Below are positions 18,544 to 27,430 of a stretch of 64,000 nucleotides of DNA, piece by piece. The stretch lies in contig JAGCNJ010000041.1 of NCBI GenBank assembly GCA_017646005.1, positions 3,363 through 67,362 of the forward strand, written 5' to 3'. Positions within the stretch are counted from its first letter, which is position 1. The number at the start of each line of letters is the position of its first letter. The notes below the pieces were generated by a model. The model ran no database searches. It had not been told where the DNA came from and saw only the letters and a program-made list of their open reading frames with translations. The position numbers and the translations under genes were made by a program. The stretch is from Clostridia bacterium. GTDB lineage: Bacteria > Bacillota > Clostridia > Oscillospirales > CAG-272.

Positions 18544-20931
18544 ATGTACTTAACAAAATGGAAAATGACCTACGGCACTCATAAGGATCTTCCCTGTACT
18601 GCTCCATGCAGTATGTACAGCGTTCTCCTGGATCACAAGATTATTGACGATCCCTTTTACGGTCTGAATGAAAGAAAATATATGCATCTTTCGGAAAATG
18701 GCTGCAGATTTGAATGTAGGTTTGATGTCGATCGCGATCTACTCTCAAAGGAGTATATTGAGCTTACCTTTCTCGGTCTTGACACAATATGTGATATCAC
18801 GCTTAACGGCACAAGTCTTGACAGCGTAAGGAATATGCACAGGGCGTATACCTATGACGTTAAAGCCCTGCTCAAAGAGGGTAATAATATAATCGAGCTT
18901 GACTTTGATTCTCCCGTTAAATTTTTTGAAGAGATGAACAACAAGCATTTTCTCTATACCAACGAGGACACTATTCCCGGTGCTGCTCATCTGAGAAAGG
19001 CTTTATATATGTCAGGCTGGGATTGGGGCCCGACTCTTCCCGATATGGGTATTTTCCGCCCAGTCATACTCGACGCCTATAACGAAGATAAGATAGATAA
19101 CGTAAACGTCCGCCAGCATCACGAAAACGGTGAGGTTACACTTGATATCGAGGTTGAAACCAAGCACGGCAAGAGCGTTGATATTTACACTGAGATCGAC
19201 GGCAAGGAGATCTTGCTCAAAAACGGTAAGGGTAAAATAAAAATAGAGAATCCAAATCTCTGGTGGGTAAGAGGCTACGGCGAGCAGTACCTTTATAAGC
19301 TCACCGTAAAGATGGTAAGCGAAGGCAAGATCATTGACACAGATACTAAAAGCATCGGTCTTCGCACACTTACTGTAAGCACCGAAAAGGATCCTACCGG
19401 AAGTGAATTCTGCTTTGTAATAAACGGTGTCAAGATCTTCTCTATGGGAGCAAACTACGTCCCTCAGGACAATTTGCTTTCACGTATAAATCCTCAAAGA
19501 ACCGAAGATCTTATAAGGACCGCGGTTGACGCCAACTTCAACACCATTCGTATATGGGGCGGCGGATACTATCCCGAGGATGAATTTTACGACATATGCG
19601 ATAAATACGGCATTATGGTGTGGGAGGACTTTATGATCGCCTGCATCAACGTATGGCTTACGAATGATATGAAAAAGGAGTTTATCGCTGAAGCCGAGTA
19701 TAACATAAAGCGTTTGCGTACCCATCCCTCGCTTGCACTTCTCTGCGGAAACAACGAGATGGAAGAAGGTGTTTGCAATTGGGGCATCGGAACAAGTATG
19801 CTCGTACGAGAGGATTATCTTGAGCTTTACGAGCGCATCTTCCCCGAAATTTGCGCAAGACTTGCTCCCGACGTATTCTACTGGCAGGCAAGTCCCTCTT
19901 CCGGAGGCGGCTTTGATGACCCTACCTGCGAAACCAAGGGCGACGTTCACTATTGGAAGGTTTGGCACGGCGGTGTACCCTTCACCGAATACCGCAAGCA
20001 CAATTTCCGCTTCTGCTCTGAATACGGCTTCGAATCTTTCCCTTCTTTCAAGACTATCAAGGAATTCTGTACCGAAGCAGATATGAACTGCTTTTCAAGA
20101 GTTATGGAAAACCATCAGAAATGCCCGGGCGGTAATAAAAAGATACTGATGTACATGGCAGACAACTACCTGTATCCCGTCACCTTTGAAACTATGGTTT
20201 ATGCTTCTCAGCTTTTGCAGGCAGATGCCATAAAATACGGCGTTGAGCATTTCAGACGCAAGAGGGGCTATTGCATGGGCTCGATATATTGGCAGTTCAA
20301 CGATTGCTGGCCTGTCGCTTCCTGGTCAAGCATTGACAGTAATCTCAGATACAAGGCTCTTCACTATGCGGCGAAAAAGTTCTATGCGCCGATCGAAATG
20401 GGACTTTTCCTTGAAAATGACACTCTTACCGTAAATATTTCCAACGAAACGATGAATGATTTTGAAGGAGAGGTAAGGCTTTATACAAGCACGTCTGACT
20501 TTGAAATAAAAGCCAAGAACATCTGTACGGCTTCGGTCGAAAGGCTCAAATCAGCAGATGTTATTACTGTAAAGGTCGATACAAGCGACAAGTATAACTC
20601 CTACGTATACGCAGACCTGTACGACAAGGACGGCAATTTCATTTGCAGAAACACTCAGCTTCTTACTGCGGCAAAGCACTTCGATTGGAAAAAGCCGTGT
20701 ATCAAGATCGATACACGCGACATAGACGGCGGCGTTGAGTTTTCGGTAACAAGCAACACCTTCACAAAGGGCGTAAATATTGATTTTGACGGATACGACG
20801 TTGTCCTGTCCGACAATTTCTTTGATATCACAAATGAAAACGCTTATGTTGTCACGGCAAAAACCGATCATTCAGCCGATGAGCTTGAAAAAGCAATTAA
20901 GATTATGACTGTTTACGATATCGGCAGATAA
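18544..20931 (+). CDS. GH2 beta-mannosidase, cytoplasmic (no signal peptide)
   Basis: N-terminal DPFYGLNE motif. TIM-barrel segment IRIWGGGYYPEDEFYDICDKYGIMVWEDFM. Candidate acid/base LLCGNNEMEE and nucleophile FCSEYGFESFPS. The 795-aa length is typical of bacterial GH2 mannosidases. RBS AAGGAG. Confidence 0.85.
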   Translation: MYLTKWKMTYGTHKDLPCTAPCSMYSVLLDHKIIDDPFYGLNERKYMHLSENGCRFECRFDVDRDLLSKEYIELTFLGLDTICDITLNGTSLDSVRNMHRAYTYDVKALLKEGNNIIELDFDSPVKFFEEMNNKHFLYTNEDTIPGAAHLRKALYMSGWDWGPTLPDMGIFRPVILDAYNEDKIDNVNVRQHHENGEVTLDIEVETKHGKSVDIYTEIDGKEILLKNGKGKIKIENPNLWWVRGYGEQYLYKLTVKMVSEGKIIDTDTKSIGLRTLTVSTEKDPTGSEFCFVINGVKIFSMGANYVPQDNLLSRINPQRTEDLIRTAVDANFNTIRIWGGGYYPEDEFYDICDKYGIMVWEDFMIACINVWLTNDMKKEFIAEAEYNIKRLRTHPSLALLCGNNEMEEGVCNWGIGTSMLVREDYLELYERIFPEICARLAPDVFYWQASPSSGGGFDDPTCETKGDVHYWKVWHGGVPFTEYRKHNFRFCSEYGFESFPSFKTIKEFCTEADMNCFSRVMENHQKCPGGNKKILMYMADNYLYPVTFETMVYASQLLQADAIKYGVEHFRRKRGYCMGSIYWQFNDCWPVASWSSIDSNLRYKALHYAAKKFYAPIEMGLFLENDTLTVNISNETMNDFEGEVRLYTSTSDFEIKAKNICTASVERLKSADVITVKVDTSDKYNSYVYADLYDKDGNFICRNTQLLTAAKHFDWKKPCIKIDTRDIDGGVEFSVTSNTFTKGVNIDFDGYDVVLSDNFFDITNENAYVVTAKTDHSADELEKAIKIMTVYDIGR

Positions 20932-20941
20932 AGGTTATATC

Positions 20942-21196
20942 AGACTCGATGCCGTGCTTGTTGAGGATGCTTCGACGCGATCGGTCATATTCACCGCAGA
21001 AAGCACGGAGGTTGCGGCAAATCTGAAATCGGATGAATACTTCGCAAATTATTTCAACGAGTCAATATCGCTTATCATAATAAAGCCATATAAGGCAGTG
21101 GGGATCTGAATGGATACCACGGAATATTATGATATCGCAGGCGTTGCGTTCTTCGCAAGCAAGGAGGATGCAGACAAGTATTCATTCTTCAAATAA
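20942..21196 (+). pseudogene. 3'-terminal remnant of a paralog (last ~80 codons of a C2 module) with an in-frame TGA
   Basis: Manual translation in the frame of nt 20942 reads RLDAVLVEDASTRSVIFTAESTEVAANLKSDEYFANYFNESISLIIIKPYKAVGI*MDTTEYYDIAGVAFFASKEDADKYSFFK*. It aligns to the C2 ends of the paralogs (e.g. GLSGPEYFDTYFDNGVYGFLFKPYHQNGLEMKVGEYIDIMGVAFFESEADANMFSFVK). TGA at 21107-21109. It has no start or upstream body and begins 11 nt after the mannosidase stop. Confidence 0.85.
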
Positions 21197-21204
21197 GGCA
21201 AAAG

Positions 21205-21240
21205 GCGTATCTTACAGCCATGTAAGATACGCTTTTTCTT
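21205..21240 (+). terminator. rho-independent terminator retained from the decayed paralog; now terminates the mannosidase transcript
   Basis: GCGTATCTTACA-GCCA-TGTAAGATACGC perfect 12-bp stem followed by TTTTTCTT. Confidence 0.8.
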
Positions 21241-21311
21241 CGACAAAAAAGTAATATTTCTTCGCAAAAATATTATAGCAAATTCGATTTTCGATATGAT
21301 ATAATATTTAC

Positions 21312-21565
21312 AAGCCTAATTTCCTTTTCGATCATACGCTTCCGCAACGTATATTGACGAGCGAAACGCGACCTTCGCTCACGGGTACGTTGCGGTAAGC
21401 GATGATATATTCAATAATATCACTGGTTTGACATACGTTTAAGACAGACTCACTTGAGAATAAAAAGCACGCTGTTACCATCCCTCTTGTTCCGATAAGC
21501 TAATTTCATATTTTCCTTTCCATAGAACATCCCTCCCCTGCAACATGCGGGAGGGATTTCGCTTT
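21312..21565 (+). ncRNA. candidate ~250-nt structured transcript or leader (function unknown)
   Basis: An orphan TGaTATAAT element lies at 21297-21305. A nested hairpin follows: outer stem 21337-21351 / 21386-21401 (15 bp, one bulge) and inner stem GAGCGAA 21359-21365 / TTCGCTC 21374-21380. A GC-rich hairpin (ATCCCTCCC 21529-21537 / GGGAGGGAT 21549-21557) is followed by the U-rich TTCGCTTTATCTTT. No ORF of 60 aa or more occurs on either strand in 21200-21660. Confidence 0.25.
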
Positions 21566-21664
21566 ATCTTTGATAATCTCATATCATACGTTTATATTGC
21601 AGTTTACAGTTTTCGAAATATGTATATTGAATAATATTACTCACATTCAAAATAATTTTTCTCA

Positions 21665-21693
21665 TTGACTTTAATCAAAAACTGTGTTAAAAT
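21665..21693 (+). promoter_or_regulatory. sigma-A-type promoter of 21734-25714
   Basis: TTGACT (21665-21670), 17-nt spacer, TGtTAAAAT (-10 at 21688-21693). Confidence 0.6.
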
Positions 21694-21733
21694 CAAAATG
21701 TGGAATATTATATTTTTGAAAGGACGCTCCATT

Positions 21734-24700
21734 ATGAAAAATAACGCTCGTTTTGTTTCACTGATTCTTTCACTTATTATGATTTTTTCTGCAATGCCTG
21801 CATTTTCGGCATCGGCAGAAGAAGCAAGCTACAAGATGCTCCCGGCAAGCGACTTGTTCTATTACTACGCTTCCCCGAGTGATCTTGAAACCACTCTCGT
21901 TGATACAGACGGCGGCTACGTACACTACGTTGCCGCGCCCGGCACTTACAACAATAACAACATTATGTTCACCGTAGGATACGGCGAGCTTGCAGCACTT
22001 GATTATCCTTATGCTGTCGTAGGCTACCGTACAAACTCCCAGCGTAACAGCATTGACGTCGGTCAGAATAACCGCTTGGGAGAAAACTGGATGAATAATA
22101 ATCCCGCTCAGAAAACAGACGGTTCATGGAGCACCCTTTTTATAAATATAAACGACATTAACGGCAACACCCAGCCCAATCTTCCCAAGCCGGGCGAAAC
22201 CGAGGTTACCTTGAGATTCAAGCCCTGGGGAAGCCATACCAAAACGCTCGGTGTTGAACAGTATTACGATCTGCGTTTCGTCGCTTTCTTCAAAAATGAG
22301 GCAGAGGCAAAGGCGTTCAAATTCGATCCGAACACAAAATATGAATCCGAAATATCGCCTGAGTATATGGAAAACATTCCTTACCACGAGGCAACAGATG
22401 AGCTTATAAACAAGTATTTGGCAGAAGCAGAGGCTCTTAAGGAATCTATCATAAATTCCCCCTCAAGTGTAAAGTGGACAGGTACTGCTTACTACGTTTC
22501 ACCTAAGGGTAACGATGAAAACGACGGTCTTACACCTGCTACAGCATTCAAGACAGTAGACAAGGTATCACACGCATCCTTCTTAAAGGAAGGCGATGCC
22601 GTGCTTTTCGAGCGTGGCGGCACATACAGAACCACAGGCTACCTCGCGACCAAAAACGGTATCACTTATTCCGCATACGGCTCGGGCGCAAAGCCTAAGA
22701 TAATCGGCTCGATAGATGCTTCCTACGAAGCATTATGGAGAGAGACCGAGCATGAAAACGTATATGCGTTCACGCCAAACGTCGGCGGTGCCGGATACGA
22801 TATCGGTCAGATCGTATTTGATATGGGCAAGGCGTGGGGCATCAAGCTTCAGAACGGTCTGTGGATCGGTACAAACTCAAACGGACTTGGTATAATCGAA
22901 AGCGGAACTCCCATAATCGACGGTCCTGAGGACATTAAGCACGACCTTGAATATTGGCACGACTGGGACAGAGGTACTGTATACCTTTACAGCAAGGACG
23001 GCAACCCCGCTTCGCGCTTTACATCGATCGAGATCGTTGATAAGGGCAACGGTATCAGCGGCGGTGCTAACAACGTAGTTATCGACAACCTCGAGCTTTT
23101 CGGCTTCGGAAGCCACGGTATAGGATACGGTGGTATTGGCGATGCTGCCAAGCAAAACCTTACGGTACAGTACTGCATATTCAGCTTTATAGGCGGTTCG
23201 CGTCAATATACAGACCCGTCTGTAAATACCCGCTTCGGTAACGCTGTGGAAATATACGGCGCTGCAAAGGGCTTTATCATCCACGACTGCTATGCCAACA
23301 ACGTCTACGACTGCTGTTGGACAATTCAGTATCAGTCAGACTCCGAGGGCGTTGACGTATGGTTTGAGGACGTTGAATTTTACAACAACGTAGCCTGCTA
23401 TTCAAATACCGGTCTTGAGGTATGGCTCAACAATAAGGCAGAGTACAATAACGACGCTGTCTACGGTATGAAGAATATGCGTCTCCACCACAACTACACC
23501 TACTACAACGGCTACGGCTGGAGCCAGCAAAGACCTAATAAGGACGGTAACATTTTCTACGGCGACCCGAGTGTTACAAACACGGTTTATGAAAACTGCT
23601 CGGTAGATCACAACGTAGGCTTGTTCGCATCCAAGTGGATAAATTACCTGCGCTACGTAGGCTCGAACTACTACAACTTCAACAACAACGTATATTTCCA
23701 GCACGAAAACAAGCTTTACGGCGGCGTACCTGCTAACCCCGAAAAGGGTACGGGAGCTGTCGGTCAACACAAATACGAGCGCGCTACGATGTCAAGGCTT
23801 CTTGCCACAGGCTTTGAAAAGGGCTCTGTGTTCTATTACACCAAGGAAGACTACAAGATCCCGCAGTATGATCCCGCACTTGTAAGCTTTGATGATATTA
23901 CAGAAAAGCACTGGGCTTACGATTACGTCAAGACCGCGGTTATGAGAAACTATTTCAATGGTACTGCTCCCGCAACCTTCTCGCCTGACACATCAATGAC
24001 CCGCGCAATGCTCGTTACCGTGCTTTCGCGTATCACAAACGAAAAGGCTGAAAGCAAAAAGGCTACCTATACTGACGTTAACGCATCCGCTTGGTATGCA
24101 AATGCGGTAAACTGGGCTTACAGCGCAGGGCTCGTTGCAGACGGTATTACAAAATTCCGTCCCGACGATGCAGTAACGCGTGAGGAGCTTGCAGATATGC
24201 TCTACCGACTCACGCTCAATCAGTATAAGACAAACGAATATGACGGAAAGGCTCTTGATTTCTCGGATGCATCAAGCGTATCTCCCGAATACAAGGCAGG
24301 TGTTGCCTTCGCTACAGACATCGGCGTTATTTCGGGCTACACCGACGGAAGTGTAAAGCCGAAGAATACGGCTACACGCGCCGAGGTAGCAACAATGATC
24401 TGCAGATTCGTTCAGAAGTATTACGGCTTTGAAACAGACTTCAGCAAAATGAGTGACGCGACCGACAGCAAGATATTTGCAGGCAATGAATTAAACGCAA
24501 TACTTGCAACCTCTCCCGGTGACAAGCGTATGATGAATAAGGATACCGAAAATCCCTTGGTAAGACTTATTCCTCAGCATATATCACAGTCGTCCGCAAA
24601 GCCTCAGCTGCTTATTTTCGAGCGCATCTCCAATGTGGACTTTGCAAAATATCCCTACATCAAGCTCAGAATGAAGACAACAAGCACAAGCACCGGCTTT

Positions 24701-25714
24701 AAGCTCTGGATGAACAAAAACGGGGCATCCGGCGAAATAATCGCTCCTATTGTGACCGATGAATGGTGTGACGTTGTTGTCTGCATCTACGATATAATCA
24801 ATCCTGATACCGAGATATACAATGGTGAGCTTAATGCTTCGCTTTATATCTCCCCGTGGTCCGAGATTGTCGCTCCCGGATACAATGTCGATTACTGCGA
24901 TATCGAATACATAGGCTTCTTCCCCACTAAGGCGGCAGCGCAGGCTTATCAAAGCGATTTCCAGAAAAATTCGGTAACCGTAACCTATATGTTCGGAAGC
25001 ACAGAGGTTACCTCCCTTCCCACAAAAAAGGGTCAGACCCTTACCTACCCGAACATCACACCCTCAAGAAAGGGCTACACCTTCAAGGGCTGGGATATAG
25101 CAGAGGGTACTGTTATAAACGATAATCTTACCGTAAACGCTGTATTTGAAAAGACTCCCGGTGTACCTATGGCAGTATTTACCGCTGACAACACCGAAAG
25201 CACCGCAACCGGCGGACTCAGCTCCGAAACAGTGGAAGAAAACGGCATAAAATACGTACACTTCTACGTTCCCGATGAGGTTTCCTCCAAGGATGGTACA
25301 CGCGCAAACCTTATCCTTTCGGATTCGGAAGCATACAACGTAGCCACCGCCCCCATAATCAAGATTTGCTACAGGACGAACATCGCTTCATCAAGTGCGA
25401 TCGACTTCAACCTCAGACCCGATCAAGGCAATCGCTTATGGGGACCGTTTGTTGATTATGCAGGCAAGGGCGAATGGGTCGAGCAAATAATCGACCTTTC
25501 GAAGCTTGGTTGGAACGGAGGCGAGGATGTTGTGCCAAATCTCACAAGCGAAGAATACTTCAACGAGTATTTTAAGGACACACTTTACTCCTTCATTTTC
25601 AAGCCGTACAAGTCTAACGGACTTTTGATGAGAAAGGACGAATACTTCGATTTCAAATACGTTGCATTCTTTGAAACCGAAGAGGATGCGAAGATTTATA
25701 AATTTGATAAATAA
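21734..25714 (+). CDS. giant secreted beta-helix protein, SLH-anchored paralog (N-module, beta-helix, 3xSLH, C1, Lis/Bac-like repeat, C2)
   Basis: I moved the start to ATG 21734 (MKNNARFVSLILSLIMIFSAMPAFSASA). The track TTG start at 21665 is the first base of a TTGACT -35 box. SLH triad at ~23882-24425. Ends YFDFKYVAFFETEEDAKIY. Confidence 0.88.
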   Translation: MKNNARFVSLILSLIMIFSAMPAFSASAEEASYKMLPASDLFYYYASPSDLETTLVDTDGGYVHYVAAPGTYNNNNIMFTVGYGELAALDYPYAVVGYRTNSQRNSIDVGQNNRLGENWMNNNPAQKTDGSWSTLFININDINGNTQPNLPKPGETEVTLRFKPWGSHTKTLGVEQYYDLRFVAFFKNEAEAKAFKFDPNTKYESEISPEYMENIPYHEATDELINKYLAEAEALKESIINSPSSVKWTGTAYYVSPKGNDENDGLTPATAFKTVDKVSHASFLKEGDAVLFERGGTYRTTGYLATKNGITYSAYGSGAKPKIIGSIDASYEALWRETEHENVYAFTPNVGGAGYDIGQIVFDMGKAWGIKLQNGLWIGTNSNGLGIIESGTPIIDGPEDIKHDLEYWHDWDRGTVYLYSKDGNPASRFTSIEIVDKGNGISGGANNVVIDNLELFGFGSHGIGYGGIGDAAKQNLTVQYCIFSFIGGSRQYTDPSVNTRFGNAVEIYGAAKGFIIHDCYANNVYDCCWTIQYQSDSEGVDVWFEDVEFYNNVACYSNTGLEVWLNNKAEYNNDAVYGMKNMRLHHNYTYYNGYGWSQQRPNKDGNIFYGDPSVTNTVYENCSVDHNVGLFASKWINYLRYVGSNYYNFNNNVYFQHENKLYGGVPANPEKGTGAVGQHKYERATMSRLLATGFEKGSVFYYTKEDYKIPQYDPALVSFDDITEKHWAYDYVKTAVMRNYFNGTAPATFSPDTSMTRAMLVTVLSRITNEKAESKKATYTDVNASAWYANAVNWAYSAGLVADGITKFRPDDAVTREELADMLYRLTLNQYKTNEYDGKALDFSDASSVSPEYKAGVAFATDIGVISGYTDGSVKPKNTATRAEVATMICRFVQKYYGFETDFSKMSDATDSKIFAGNELNAILATSPGDKRMMNKDTENPLVRLIPQHISQSSAKPQLLIFERISNVDFAKYPYIKLRMKTTSTSTGFKLWMNKNGASGEIIAPIVTDEWCDVVVCIYDIINPDTEIYNGELNASLYISPWSEIVAPGYNVDYCDIEYIGFFPTKAAAQAYQSDFQKNSVTVTYMFGSTEVTSLPTKKGQTLTYPNITPSRKGYTFKGWDIAEGTVINDNLTVNAVFEKTPGVPMAVFTADNTESTATGGLSSETVEENGIKYVHFYVPDEVSSKDGTRANLILSDSEAYNVATAPIIKICYRTNIASSSAIDFNLRPDQGNRLWGPFVDYAGKGEWVEQIIDLSKLGWNGGEDVVPNLTSEEYFNEYFKDTLYSFIFKPYKSNGLLMRKDEYFDFKYVAFFETEEDAKIYKFDK

Positions 25715-25719
25715 CCTCA

Positions 25720-25755
25720 AATGCCTCGGAAGCAGATGTTTCCGAGGCATTTTTA
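25720..25755 (+). terminator. rho-independent terminator
   Basis: AATGCCTCGGAA-GCAGATG-TTCCGAGGCATT perfect 12-bp stem followed by TTT. Confidence 0.8.
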
Positions 25756-25785
25756 TGCAATTTTTGACAAAAAGCAAAAAAATAG

Positions 25786-25814
25786 TTGCATATTTCTTCG
25801 CGTAGTGGTATACT
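25786..25814 (+). promoter_or_regulatory. sigma-A-type promoter of the VanY-type gene
   Basis: TTGCAT (25786-25791), 17-nt spacer, TGgTATACT (-10 at 25809-25814). Confidence 0.55.
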
Positions 25815-25861
25815 GTAATAAGTATGTAAAAGGGATAGCGGGCACCCGCACGGTTATACAG

Positions 25862-27430
25862 ATGAAAAACAAGATTAATATCGGACAAATACTTAAATTC
25901 TTAAAGCTTTTGGGAATTGAAGCCCTGCGTTTTATCAGATCAAAAACAGGTCTGCTTGTGTGCGGCATTATACTTGCGGGACTTATTATATCACTTCTCA
26001 TAGGAGCGCTTTTTTCTTCAAATAAAACGGATGAAACAAGTGAAATCACAACCGAAAGTGAAACAGTGATAACAAGTGAGTGTTTAACGTCCGAGCTCAT
26101 AACCGAATCCCCCGACTACACGCCCGAGGTACCTGAAATAACCGATTCCGAATCCGAAACCGACAGTGAGGCCGTGACCGAAAAAAGACTTACCCTTGCG
26201 GATATGGAAATACCCGACACCTCATGGGCTTACTTTATGATAAACCGTTCAAATCCTGTCCCTGACGGTTATATAAACAATATCGAATTCAAAAGCGTAT
26301 ACTCGAACTATTCAAATTTTTATCTTGATGCGCGCGTTGCTGATTTTGCAAAGTGTATGATAAACGATGCAGAGAATGACGGTGTTATTCTTCTTATCTG
26401 CTCGGCGTACAGATCGCATGAGCGTCAGACTGCCAATTTTGACAACCGCGTAAAATCTTACGCTTCGGCAAAATACAGCTTCACAAGCGCATATGCACTC
26501 ACCGCCGGATATATAGCGATACCCGGCACAAGTGAGCACGAAACAGGTCTTGCGATAGACTTCATAACCCCCGGATACACCTCGCTCGACTCAGGCTTTG
26601 AACGCACGAGCGCATACAAATGGCTTGCCGAAAATTCATACAAATACGGATTTATTCTCCGATATCCCTCCGGTACAAGCGAGCTTACCGGCATCAACTA
26701 CGAGCCGTGGCATTTCCGCTTCATAGGCTTTGAGCACGCACAAAAGATTTACGAAAGCGGACTTTGTCTTGAGGAATATATGGAAAAGGACCGTGAGACC
26801 AATCCCGATCTGAGCTTCAACACACTTGAAGCACTCAAGATCCCGGCACAGCCCGCGTGGTATGAGTATTATCTCAATCCGCCGGCAGACACCGAATCCG
26901 AAAGCGAAACCGATTCGGCTGAAAGTGACAGTACCGAAACAGAATCTGACTCTGATTCAACCGAATCCGACAGCATAGAAACAGATTCCGATTCATCTGA
27001 ATCCGACAGCACGGAGACAAATTCAGACTTAACAGAATCCGAAAACGTCGATATAGAATCTGAGTCCGACACATCCGAAAGCTACAGCGCTGATACCGAA
27101 TCAGCCATTGATACGTCCGAGACCGACAGTACAGACACCGAATCGGATACAGAATCAGATACATACGAGGATATCACCGAAGAATCCGACACAATAGCGT
27201 CGGACGACAGCGAGATCGCAGAAGAAACCGAAGCTGAAATCGAATCCGATACGGAATTTGTCTACAAGCCGATAACACTTGAGGATCTCGGTATTTCTAC
27301 CAAAGAGTCAGAAAATGATTCCGGGGACACAACAGAGTCTGCCGATACGGTACAACCGGATAACACAGACACAGATACCACAGAGAACATTGATTCCGAA
27401 ATGATCGAGGAAACAGATGAAATTATTTGA
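25862..27430 (+). CDS. membrane-anchored VanY-type D-alanyl-D-alanine carboxypeptidase (peptidase M15B) with acidic Ser/Thr/Asp/Glu-rich tracts
   Basis: Motifs SAYRSHERQ, GTSEHETGLAIDF and EPWHFRFIG. N-terminal TM segment LLVCGIILAGLIISLLIGALF. I moved the start to ATG 25862 because the track start at 25721 lies inside the upstream terminator hairpin and before the promoter at 25786-25814. Confidence 0.82.
   Translation: MKNKINIGQILKFLKLLGIEALRFIRSKTGLLVCGIILAGLIISLLIGALFSSNKTDETSEITTESETVITSECLTSELITESPDYTPEVPEITDSESETDSEAVTEKRLTLADMEIPDTSWAYFMINRSNPVPDGYINNIEFKSVYSNYSNFYLDARVADFAKCMINDAENDGVILLICSAYRSHERQTANFDNRVKSYASAKYSFTSAYALTAGYIAIPGTSEHETGLAIDFITPGYTSLDSGFERTSAYKWLAENSYKYGFILRYPSGTSELTGINYEPWHFRFIGFEHAQKIYESGLCLEEYMEKDRETNPDLSFNTLEALKIPAQPAWYEYYLNPPADTESESETDSAESDSTETESDSDSTESDSIETDSDSSESDSTETNSDLTESENVDIESESDTSESYSADTESAIDTSETDSTDTESDTESDTYEDITEESDTIASDDSEIAEETEAEIESDTEFVYKPITLEDLGISTKESENDSGDTTESADTVQPDNTDTDTTENIDSEMIEETDEII

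Noticed and set aside
21460-21520. A 19-codon minus-strand ORF (MKLAYRNKRDGNSVLFILK) with a GGAAAGGA-like SD in the ORF-free gap.
   Set aside because: It is too short and featureless to support. No promoter is evident on that strand. I kept the region only as a candidate structured RNA.
1-25714. The paralog array might be a phase- or antigen-variation system (invertible promoters, silent cassettes, DGR).
   Set aside because: Each complete gene has its own promoter-like element in the expressing orientation. I saw no inverted repeats flanking those promoters. I recognised no recombinase, invertase or reverse transcriptase in the window. Only recombination between identical tracts remains possible, and that is reported separately.
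26880-27250. Short repetitive DNA (GAATCCGACAGCA and similar) that could suggest a CRISPR or tandem-repeat array.
   Set aside because: The repeats are imperfect, in frame, and encode an S/T/D/E low-complexity tail of the VanY-type protein. There is no repeat-spacer periodicity.
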